DNA from: Eledone cirrhosa
Taxonomy: Eukaryota
Assembly: GCA_964016885.1 (NCBI GenBank)
Contig: OZ024745.1
Coordinates: forward strand, 125,674,001-125,738,000
Length of the DNA stretch: 64,000 nt
Direction: 5' to 3'
Positions 53,463 to 64,000 of this stretch are shown piece after piece (position 1 is the first letter of the stretch; every line of letters starts with the position of its first letter). The notes beneath the pieces were generated by a model. It was not told the origin of the DNA, ran no database searches, and saw only the letters and a program-made list of their open reading frames with translations. The position numbers and the translations under genes were made by a program.

Positions 53463-53894
53463 ATCTGTTTGTTTTGGTTATGTATAATACCGAGAGAGAA
53501 CGAGTTTATAGTTTAAGAAAGACTTGGAATGCTTCCATATAATGAAATTATAATATAATATAATGATAATGGTGATGAGAATGATAAAGATTCGACAACA
53601 CTCATTTGGGAATATTGTTAGCTTTACATATACAAACAGACACTGCGGCCACGGGCACGTTTAAACATACCACACATTGCTTTTGATGGAGAAAATCAAA
53701 ATGATAACGACCGGGAGAGATGATGACAGAAACAGCATCAATGGGGTGGGAGGTGGGGGTGGGATGTGAGTGGGGAGTATTTTTTTTTTTTTTTCTATCG
53801 ACTTGACTTTCGTCAAATCGGACCGAGGAAACAATGTTTCCGTTGGTCTTTCCAATTGCTAATACTATCTATCGGTCGCAACTCCAGGTAGAAG

Positions 53895-53925
<31 letters not shown>

Positions 53926-54249
53926 GTTTATATACAGTGGGGAGTATATATATATATATATATGTTTATATATATATTTATATATGTATGTATATATAAA
54001 TATATATATATATAAATATATATATAAATATATATATAAATATATATATTTATATGTATATGTATATGTATATATATATATATGTATGTATGTATGTATG
54101 GGTATATATACGAGCGTGTCTAACGTGGTTTATCAACAAAACTTACAACTACGACTACATAGCTACGGCTACAACAACAGTCGCAACAACAACCATATAA
54201 ACAACATCAACAGCTGCAATAGATGGCGACGTCGGTGTTAGTGGTGGCT

Positions 54250-54555
54250 GTACTAGTAGTAGTAGTAGTAGTAGTAGTAGTAGCAGCAGCAGTAGTTGCA
54301 GAAGTAGTAGTAGTAGTAGTAATAGTAATAGTAGCAGCAGCAGTTGTAGATAACTAATAGTAGTAATAGGTGTAGTAGTAGTAGTAGTAGCAGTAGTTGC
54401 AGAAGTAGTATTAGTAGTAATAGTAGTAGTAGCAGCAGCAGTTGTAGATAACTAGTAGTAGTAATAGCAGTAGTAGTAGTAGTAGTAGCAGTAGTAGTAG
54501 TAGCAGCAGCAGTAGTAGTAGTAGTAGTAGTAGCAGCAACAGTAGTAGCAGCAGC

Positions 54556-54611
<56 letters not shown>

Positions 54612-54624
54612 CAGTAGTCGTAGT

Positions 54625-54659
<35 letters not shown>

Positions 54660-54750
54660 TAGTAGTAGCAGCAGCAGCAGTAGTAGTAGTAGTAATAGCA
54701 GTAGTAGTAGTAGTAGTAGTAGCAGTAGTCGTAGTAGCAGCAGCAGCTGC

Positions 54751-54800
<50 letters not shown>

Positions 54801-54842
54801 CAGCAGCAGCAGTTGTAGATAACTAGTAGTAGTAATAACAGT

Positions 54843-54874
<32 letters not shown>

Positions 54875-54902
54875 TAATAACAGTAGCAGCAGCAGCAGCA
54901 AC

Positions 54903-54948
<46 letters not shown>

Positions 54949-55021
54949 ATAGTAGTAGTAGTAGTAGTTGTAGTAGTAGTAGTAGTAGTAGCAGCAGCAG
55001 CAGCAGTTGTAGAAGTAGTAT

Positions 55022-55082
<61 letters not shown>

Positions 55083-55091
55083 TTTAGTAGC

Positions 55092-55162
<71 letters not shown>

Positions 55163-55417
55163 AGCAACAGCAGTAGCAGCAGCAGCAGCAGCGGCAGCAG
55201 TAGTATTAGTAGTAGTAGTGGTAGCAGCAGCAGTAGCAATAGCAGCAGTAGTATTAGTAGTAGTATTAGTAGTAGCAGCAACAGCAAGAACAACAACAAC
55301 AACAGCAGCAGTAGTAGTAGTAGTCGTAATAGTGTCGGCAAAGTTGTTATAAATTGAAGAGGAGGGTGATGGCGGTTACGATGGTGAGGTTGATGATGAT
55401 GATGATGATGATGCTTG

Positions 55418-55452
<35 letters not shown>

Positions 55453-55453
55453 G

Positions 55454-55485
<32 letters not shown>

Positions 55486-55620
55486 CTTGTGATGATGAGG
55501 ATGATGATGATGCTTGTGATAATGATGTTAGTGGTGACACAGTTGATCTCGACAATGCTACTGCTGATGATGATGATGATGTTAGTGATAGTGATGCTTT
55601 TGACATTCGTGATGCTGACA
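54250..55620. repeat. (TAG/CAG)n then (GAT)n trinucleotide tract
   Basis: Direct reading. Confidence 0.95.
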
Positions 55621-55663
55621 TAGTAAATAGCCGGTTGAGATTGACGGCACATGAAGTTTCACT

Positions 55664-58606
55664 GGTAGTGGTAGTGGTAGTGGTAGTGGTAGTGGTAGTG
55701 GTAGTGGTAGTGGTAGTTGTAGTGGTAGTGGTAGTTGTAGTGGTAGTGGTAGTGGTGGTGGTAGTGGTAGTGGTAGTGGTAGTGGTAGTGGTAGTGGTAG
55801 TTGTAGTGGTAGTGGTAGTGGTAGTGGTAGTTGTAGTGGTAGTGGTAGTGGTAGTGGTAGTGGTAGTGGTAGTGGTAGTTGTAGTGGTAGTGGTAGTTGT
55901 AGTGGTAGTTGTAGTGGTAGTTGTAGTGGTAGTGGTAGTGGTAGTGGTAGTGGTAGTGGTAGTTGTAGTGGTAGTGGTAGTGGTAGTGGTAGTGGTAGTT
56001 GTAGTGGTAGTGGTAGTTGTAGTGGTAGTGGTAGTGGTAGTGGTAGTTGTAGTGGTAGTGGTAGTTGTAGTGGTAGTTGTAGTGGTAGTTGTAGTGGTAG
56101 TGGTAGTGGTAGTGGTAGTGGTAGTGGTAGTTGTAGTGGTAGTGGTAGTGGTAGTGGTAGTGGTAGTTGTAGTGGTAGTGGTAGTGGTAGTGGTAGTGGT
56201 AGTGGTAGTGGTAGTTGTAGTGGTAGTGGTAGTTGTAGTGGTAGTTGTAGTGGTAGTTGTAGTGGTAGTGGTAGTGGTAGTGGTAGTGGTAGTGGTAGTT
56301 GTAGTGGTAGTGGTAGTGGTAGTGGTAGTGGTAGTTGTAGTGGTAGTGGTAGTTGTAGTGGTAGTTGTAGTGGTAGTTGTAGTGGTAGTGGTAGTGGTAG
56401 TTGTAGTGGTAGTGGTAGTGGTAGTGGTAGTTGTAGTGGTAGTGGTAGTGGTAGTTGTAGTGGTAGTTGTAGTGGTAGTGGTAGTGGTAGTTGTAGTGGT
56501 AGTGCTAGTGGTAGTCGTAGAGGTAGTATAGTGGTAGTCGTAGTGGTAGTCGTAGTGGTAGTTGTAGTGGTAGTTGTAGTGGTAGTCGTAGTGGTAGTTG
56601 TAGTGGTAGTGGTAGTTGTAGTGGTAGTGGTAGTTGTAGTTGTAGTGCTAGTGGTAGTGGTAGTGGTAGTGGTAGTCGTAGTGGTAGTTGTAGTGGTAGT
56701 CGTAGTGGTAGTTGTAGTGGTAGTTGTAGTGGTAGTTGTAGTGGTAGTCGTAGTGGTAGTTGTAGTGGTAGTTGTAGTGGTAGTGGTAGTTGTAGTGGTA
56801 TTAGTAGTGGTAGTTGTAGTGGTAGTTGTAGTGGTATTAGTAGTGGTAGTCGTAGTGGTAGTTGTAGTGGTATTAGTAGTGGTAGTTGTAGTGGTAGTCG
56901 TAGTGGTAGTTTTAGTGGTAGTTGTAGTTGTAGTTGTAGTGGTAGTGGTAGTGGTAGTTGTAGTGGTATTAGTAGTGGTAGTCGTAGTGGTAGTTGTAGT
57001 GGTAGTTGTAGTTGTAGTTGTAGTGGTAGTGGTAGTGGTAGTTGTAGTGGTAGTGGTATTAGTAGTGGTAGTTGTAGTGGTAGTGGTAGTGGTAGTGGTA
57101 GTGGTAGTTGTAGTGGTAGTGGTAGTTGTAGTGGTAGTGGTAGTGGTAGTGGTAGTTGTAGTGGTAGTGGTAGTTGTAGTGGTAGTTGTAGTGGTAGTGG
57201 TAGTGGTAGTGGTAGTGGTAGTGGTAGTGGTAGTTGTAGTGGTAGTGGTAGTGGTAGTGGTAGTGGTAGTTGTAGTGGTAGTGGTAGTGGTAGTGGTAGT
57301 GGTAGTGGTAGTGGTAGTTGTAGTGGTAGTGGTAGTTGTAGTGGTAGTTGTAGTGGTAGTCGTAGTGGTAGTGGTAGTTGTAGTGGTAGTTGTAGTTGTA
57401 GTGGTAGTGGTATTAGTAGTGGTAGTTGTAGTGGTAGTGGTAGTGGTAGTGGTAGTTGTAGTGGTAGTCGTAGTGGTAGTGGTAGTTGTAGTGGTAGTCG
57501 TAGTGGTAGTTGTAGTGGTAGTGGTAGTGGTAGTGGTAGTCGTAGTTGTAGTGGTATTAGTAGTGGTAGTTGTAGTGGTAGTGGTAGTGGTAGTCGTAGT
57601 TGTAGTGGTAGTTGTAGTGGTATTAGTAGTGGTAGTTGTAGTGGTAGTGGTAGTGGCAGTTGTAGTGGTAGTGGTAGTGGCAGTTGTAGTGGTAGTGGTA
57701 GTGGTGTTAGTAGTGGTAGTCGTAGTGGTAGTGGTAGTGGTAGTTGTAGTGGTAGTTGTAGTGGTATTAGTAGTGGTAGTTGTAGTTGTAGTTGTAGTGA
57801 TAGTTGTAGTGGATTTAGTAGTGGTAGTGGTAGTGGTAGTGGTAGTGGTATTAGTAGTGGTAGTTGTAGTGATAGTTGTAGTGGTATTAGTAGTGGTAGT
57901 TGTAGTGGTAGTTGTAGTGGTAGTTGTAGTGGTAGTTGTAGTGGTATTAGTAGTGGTAGTTGTAGTGGTAGTTGTAGTGGTATTAGTAGTGGTAGTTGTA
58001 GTGGTAGTTGTAGTGGTATTAGTAGTGGTAGTTGTAGTGATAGTTCTAGTGGTATTAGTAGTGGTAGTTGTAGTGGTAGTGGTAGTGGTAGTTGTAGTGG
58101 TAGTTGTAGTGGTATTAGTAGTGGTAGTTGTAGTGGTAGTTGTAGTGGTATTAGTAGTGGTAGTTGTAGTGGTAGTTGTAGTGGTATTAGTAGTGGTAGT
58201 TGTAGTGATAGTTCTAGTGGTATTAGTAGTGGTAGTTGTAGTGGTAGTGGTAGTGGTAGTTGTAGTGGTAGTGTGGTAGTGGTATTACTAGTGTTAGTCT
58301 AAATGGTTAATCTAGTGGTAGTCGTAGTGGTAGTTGTAGTGGTAGTCGTAGTGGTAGTTGTAGTGGTAGTCGTAGTGGTAGTTGTAGTGGTATTAGTAGT
58401 GGTAGTCGTAGTGGTAGTTGTAGTGGTAGTTGTAGTGGTATTTGTAGTGGTAGTCGTAGTGGTAGTCGTAGTGGTAGTGGTAGTAGTAGTGGTAGTTGTA
58501 GTGGTAGTGGTAGTGGTATTAGTAGTGGTAATAGTAATGGTAGTCGTAGTGGTAGTCGTAGTTGTATTAGTAGTGGTAGTCGTAGTAGTAATAGTAGTGG
58601 TAATAG
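55664..58606. repeat. ~2.9 kb (GGTAGT)n hexamer satellite with TGTAGT/CGTAGT variants
   Basis: Direct reading. Confidence 0.97.
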
Positions 58607-58629
58607 TTGATTGGTGAGGATTCAGCTGC

Positions 58630-58660
58630 TACTGCTGTTACTGTTACTGTTGGTGTTGTT

Positions 58661-58708
<48 letters not shown>

Positions 58709-59620
58709 GTTGTTGTTGGTGTTGTTGTTGGTGTTGGTGTTGGTGTTGGTGTTGTTGTTGTTGTTGGTGTTGGTGTTGGTAGTGGTGTTGTTGGTGTTGT
58801 TGGTGGTGTTGTTGCTGCTGTTGGTGTTGTTGTTGGTGTTGTTGTTGGTGTTGGTGTTGGTGTTGGTGTTGGTGTTGGTGTTGTTGTTGGTGGTGTTGTT
58901 GTTGGTGTTGTTGTTGGTGTTGTTGTTGGTGTTGGTGGTGTTGTTGTTGGTGTTGTTGTTGGTGGTGGTGTTGTTGTTGGTGTTGGTGTTGGTGCTGTTG
59001 TTGTTGGTGGTGTTGGTGTTGGTGGTGGTGTTGTTGTTGGTGTTGGTGTTGGTGGTGGTGTTGTTGTTGGTGTTGGTGGTGGTGTTGTTGTTGGTGTTGG
59101 TGTTGGTGTTGGTGTTGGTGGTGGTGTTGTTGTTGGTGTTGGTGTTGGTGGTGGTGTTGTTGTTGGTGTTGGTGTTGGTGTTGGTGTTGGTGTTGGTGTT
59201 GGTGTTGGTGCTGGTGTTGTTGGTGGTGTTGGTGTTGGTGTTGGTGTTGTTGTTGGTGTTGTTGTTGGTGCTGTTGGTGTTGTTGTTGGTGTTGTTGTTG
59301 GTGTTGGTGTTGGTGTTGGTGTTGGTGTTGGTATTGTTGTGCTGTTGGTGTTGTTGTTGGTGTTGTTGTTGTTGATGTTGGTGTTGGTGTTGTTGTTGTT
59401 GTTGTTGGTGTTGGTGTTGTTGTTGTTGTTGTTGTTGGTGTTGGTGTTGTTGCTGCTGTTGTTGGTGTTGGTGTTGGTGTTGGTGGTGGTGTTGGTGTTG
59501 TTGTTGTTGTTGTTGGTATTGGTGTTGTTGTTGATGGTGTTGGTGTTGGTGTTTGTTTTCTTGTTGGTTTTGTTGCTGCTGTTGGTGCTGTCGGTGTTGG
59601 TGTTGGTGTTGTTGTATTCA
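58630..59620. repeat. (TGT/TGG)n tract
   Basis: Direct reading. Confidence 0.95.
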
Positions 59621-59745
59621 GTATTTATAGTGTGTGCTGATGATGATGTTGATGTTGTTATTTAGTGACGGTGGTATTGGAGTTTGCCTGCGTGGAAGTT
59701 AGTAGTTTTTTAGTAGTTGTAAAGGTGAAGGAATATGGATTTCAT

Positions 59746-59777
<32 letters not shown>

Positions 59778-60072
59778 GTAGTGGTGATGGTAATAGTAGT
59801 AGTGGTGATGGTGGTGGTAGTAGTGGCTGTAAAAATATGAAGATTATGATGACAATGGCGCTTAAAGCAGCTGGTATCACAACATACTTATTTGGTTTAC
59901 TACATACATGCATGCACACACGCACGCCCTCACATTCACACACGCACTCATATATATATATATATATATATATACCCCCCCCCCCCACACACACACACAC
60001 TCTCAAGAGCGTGAAACTAATAAACCTTTGTTCGTACTGCCTCTCTGTTTTGTTCCCGTTCCATTTTTCACT

Positions 60073-60135
<63 letters not shown>

Positions 60136-60300
60136 GGTTCTAAACCCCATTATCAGGCTAACATTTCTTTAGTCAAATATACGGTGAAAGCTAATCTATT
60201 TTCTAATATATATATATATATATATACGTTATTCCGGGTTGAATCGGAGGTAACCACAGTAAGTAAGGTACTCAATACATAGCAGAGTATAACAGTTTTA

Positions 60301-60392
60301 ATATAGATGAGATTCTACAGGACTAGAACTGTTTCATTCAGATGATTTCTAATGAATGAAACAGTTCTAGTCCTGTAGAATCTCATCTATAT
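60301..60392. repeat. Perfect 40-bp inverted repeat beside (TA)n
   Basis: atatagatgagattctacaggactagaactgtttcattca / tgaatgaaacagttctagtcctgtagaatctcatctatat. Confidence 0.9.
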
Positions 60393-60417
60393 ATATATAT
60401 ATATATATATATTAATT

Positions 60418-60775
60418 AAAGGAATTCCAACTTTGTCTGATTTACTCATTTTATTTACAATCCTTTAAAATTTATAATGGTATTAGAATGAAATAGTATG
60501 GTAGAATATTAACTGTTAAGTGTTAATTGAACAAGTACTTTCATGCTTTCACAATCTTCAGGTTTATATTGTGTGGTGACAGTCAAGTTTCAACAAAGTT
60601 GAAAATTGCAAACTTGACTGTCACCACACATTATGAACCTTAAGATTGCGAAAGCATGAAAGTACTTGTTCAATTAACACTTAACATTTAATATTCTACC
60701 ATACTATTTCATTCTAACACCATTTTAAAGGATTGTAAATAAAACGAGTAAATCAGACAAAGTTGGAATTCCTTT
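60418..60775. repeat. ~170-bp fold-back with a hammerhead motif in each arm (Penelope-like remnant)
   Basis: Left arm (minus): aaac CTGAAGA ttgtgaaagcat GAAA gtac TT gttc. Right arm (plus): tgaac CTTAAGA ttgcgaaagcat GAAA gtac TT gttca. Confidence 0.85.
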
Positions 60776-60816
60776 TATTAATATAATCTTCTATACACAA
60801 TCATACACACCCGTGT

Positions 60817-60905
<89 letters not shown>

Positions 60906-60907
<2 letters not shown>

Positions 60908-61073
60908 GTAATTCACGGCGTCCAAGACGCTACTTTTTCCTAAAATAAGTCTAAAAAATCTACCAATGCGTCCTGGAGGCCGAAGGTTGTTTATTATTTT
61001 TTGTCAAAGTCTTGGTTGTCAAAATTAGGGTGCATCCTCTAGGACGAAGCGTCTTCGGCGCCGGGAAATACGG
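60906..61073. mobile_element. Tc2/pogo-like MITE
   Basis: CCGTAATTCACGGCG / CGCCGGGAAATACGG; same family as 44107. Confidence 0.82.
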
Positions 61074-61147
61074 ATAACAAAAAATAGTAAACTTGGCATT
61101 TCTTATAATGTACTTTATTTGTCATATATAATGTGTTTCTTTTTAAA

Positions 61148-61879
61148 TCTATCTCTATATATAAAACTGAGGATGTCTGTCTGTGTGTGTGCCTGTGAGT
61201 TTGAATCCATAAAACTCGAGAACTACCCAACCGATTTTTTTTCAAACTTTACATGTGTATTACTTATGTTTCAGGGAGTGTTATGCACATAAAATAATTC
61301 AACTTTTTGATCCCCTAGAGCCCGCATTAGGGGGAAAACTGCGTTTTTTTTCTGCTTTTTAGGGTTTTTTTAAGGCGGTACGTCAGACCGATTTCCTTGA
61401 AATTGTAACTATGTATTATTCAGTCTCTTCTTCATACCGTGCGCAAAGAAAATCCAACGTTTTGAACCCCTAGGGCCCGCATTAGGTGAACAACTTCATT
61501 TTTTCAGCTTTTTAGGGCTTTTTTGAGGCGTTACGTCTAGCCGATTTTCCCTAAATTTCAAGCCCGCCGAGGTTGACTTTGCCTTTCATCCTTATGGGGT
61601 CGATAAAATAAAGTACCAGTAATGCACTGGGTAATTGCTGGCCTTGTGCCTAAAGTAGAAACAATTATGCACATAAAAAAAATTCATCTTCTTGATCTAG
61701 GTGAAACCTGCATTTTTCCTGCTCCATCGAGGAAAATCTTAAATATTATCCAGCCATCAGAGTATTCGGTTTATTTTCTTTACATATTGTCCAGGCATGC
61801 AGTTTTTCCACGATTAGGTCTGTTGGCGGCCCGCGTTCCAAAATACCTTATCCCGTGCAACGCCAGGTACCACTGCTAG
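61148..61879 (+). mobile_element. Non-autonomous Helitron with an internal MetaSINE fragment (~61563-61666)
   Basis: a|TC..TCTATATATAAAAC start; cccgtgcaacgccagg..CTAG|t end; homologous to 24900-25505. Confidence 0.82.
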
Positions 61880-62290
61880 TTTGAAAAAAAATTATTATTA
61901 GATTCTCCAGCTGCTGTATCAATATAAATCACTTTCAATCAAATTTCGCCGAAGATAGATTAGCAAAATTTAATTAGCGTGGGTGGGGTGAAAAAATCTG
62001 AAAAGGGGTCGATTATTCAGAACCTGAGAATTGATATTGCGGAAATTTAAACTGAGAATGCAAACAACTGGCACAAACGACTCTGCCAATCGGTCAATAA
62101 CCTTTACTTATAGCTTTAAATGTGATGATATTGATAATGGTATTAATCGGTGATCAATTATATTGATGGATTTCTGATAAACGAAATCACACAAGAATAA
62201 AGAGATGAAAAAAAAAAACTTTTTTTCCGATGTTTCACATTTTTGTTCTGTTCTGGATTATTTTCGGGTTCAGTTTTTAAAGAAATAATA

Positions 62291-62488
62291 ATTGTTTCTA
62301 CTTTTGGTACAAGGCCAGCTATTACCCCAGCGCATTACTGGTACTCTATTTTATTGACCCCGTAAGGATGAAAGGCAAGGTTAACCCCAACGGGATTTGA
62401 ACTCAGACTGTAAAGGGACGTAACTATACTGGAAAGCTACGTCCCTTTACGGTCTGAGTCCCTTAACCGTCGAGGTTAACTTTGCCTC
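62291..62488. mobile_element. MetaSINE with fold-back inversion
   Basis: Minus-strand copy followed at once by its own complement (tacgtccctttacggtctgagt..ggttaactttgcct). Confidence 0.8.
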
Positions 62489-62701
62489 CTTATTAACCAG
62501 AAGAGTTGACACAAAATATAGCATTAAGGACAGCACAAGGCGGGAAAGTTTCAAATATCAGGTAAATCCTGTCCAAACGTGAATTTTTTTATTATTTTTT
62601 TAAGGGTGGTAACTGGGTCCACACGTGAAATAAGCTACATGCTAATTGGACCCCTTATACACACACTCTCTCTCTTTCTCTCTCTCTCATTCTCTCTCTC
62701 T

Positions 62702-62792
<91 letters not shown>

Positions 62793-62897
62793 ATTCTCTC
62801 TCTTTCATATATATATATATATATGAAAAAAAGAAAAGAATAACTTCACTTGTAGTTCTAAATAATTTGATTTAATTTCATATTATGATTTGTTAGA

Positions 62898-63078
<181 letters not shown>

Positions 63079-63281
63079 TGTATATACATATATTTATAAA
63101 ACAAAATTTATTTTCAATGAATAATATCAATATTCGATTCGTTTGCATATATATATATGTGTATGTGTGTGTGAATATTTAAGTGCCGTATGTGGATATG
63201 TATACGTATGCATGTATGTATTTATTTATGAATGCTTGTAAGTATCCATGTATAAATCTTCGTTCGTATATATGTACTTAC

Positions 63282-63312
<31 letters not shown>

Positions 63313-63851
63313 TGTAGGTAGGTATATAAGTATGTGTATATATATATATATATATTCTCTCCCCCTCTTTCTCCCCTAAGTCTCAGTCTATCTGCTCCAT
63401 CTCTCCTTCTGCCTCTCCCTCACTCTTCTCTCACCCATCCTCACTCATATAAATACATACTATTCTCTCTCAACGCCTCAATACTTGCACACCTCTGCCA
63501 AACACACACTCGCACACATGCGCGCACACACACATGCACGTACACACACACACATATACAAGCACGCACACACACACACATACATATACAAGCAAGCACA
63601 CATACAAGCACTCACACACATGCTTATTCACTCAAACAAGTTCTGTCATCCTCATCCACTCTAGTATCTTCCTATCCCTGCCCCCCCCCCTTCCTCTGCT
63701 AGTTCTCTGTTTCTCTATTCCCCCTTTCTTACTCTCACTCAACTATAACGTGAGCCCCTTACCTCAAACAATCCATCATTATCTCTGTCTCTCTCTCACA
63801 CATCAAAAAAATAGTCGCCTAGGACGCTGACCGCATTATGAAGGTTTAATA

Positions 63852-64000
63852 ATTGTTTCTGCTTTTGGCACAAGGCCAGCAAATTGTCAGTGCATTACTG
63901 GTACATTATTTTACCGACCCCCCGTAAGTATGAAAGGCAAAGTTTACCTCAAATCCCGCTGTGGTTAACTTTGCCTTTCATCCTTACGGGGTCGATAAAA
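63852..64000. mobile_element. Head-to-head MetaSINE 3' halves (runs off the window)
   Basis: Minus copy to ~63950, then a plus copy aaatcccgctgtggttaactttgcctttcatcc. Confidence 0.8.

Noticed and set aside
55664-58606. Telomeric array
   Set aside because: The unit is GGTAGT rather than TTAGGG, and the array is interstitial and degenerate.
55635-59665. Poly-Val, Gly/Val and Leu/Val ORFs (or Gly-Ser and poly-Thr frames)
   Set aside because: Simple-repeat DNA with non-ATG starts and no splice or domain support.

Overview
Eukaryotic, AT-rich, microsatellite-dense genomic DNA. The tRNA/Meta-domain SINE, (TA)n/(TG)n runs and overall repeat mix resemble an octopod cephalopod (inference from recalled repeat families, no search run). 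The only host coding sequence I can support is the first two coding exons of a minus-strand ADAMTS-type secreted metalloprotease: a signal-peptide exon at 53348-53462 (absent from the ORF track) and a prodomain exon at 18793-19145, joined in phase across a ~34.2 kb intron. No third exon was recognised, so it probably lies left of the window. The rest is intron or upstream DNA filled with MetaSINEs, degenerate LINEs (RTE, L1/Tx1, RLE-type), Helitrons, Tc1/mariner and hAT MITEs, and long simple repeats. Most notable: (i) two apparently intact minimal hammerhead ribozymes at 23.2-23.55 kb, sense to the ADAMTS pre-mRNA; (ii) a series of fold-back elements beside (TA)n, several with hammerhead-like cores (Penelope-like signature); (iii) signs that the MetaSINE shares its 3' tail with an L1/Tx1-like LINE and its head with longer ORF-bearing elements. 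Nearly all long ORFs in the track are microsatellite artefacts.
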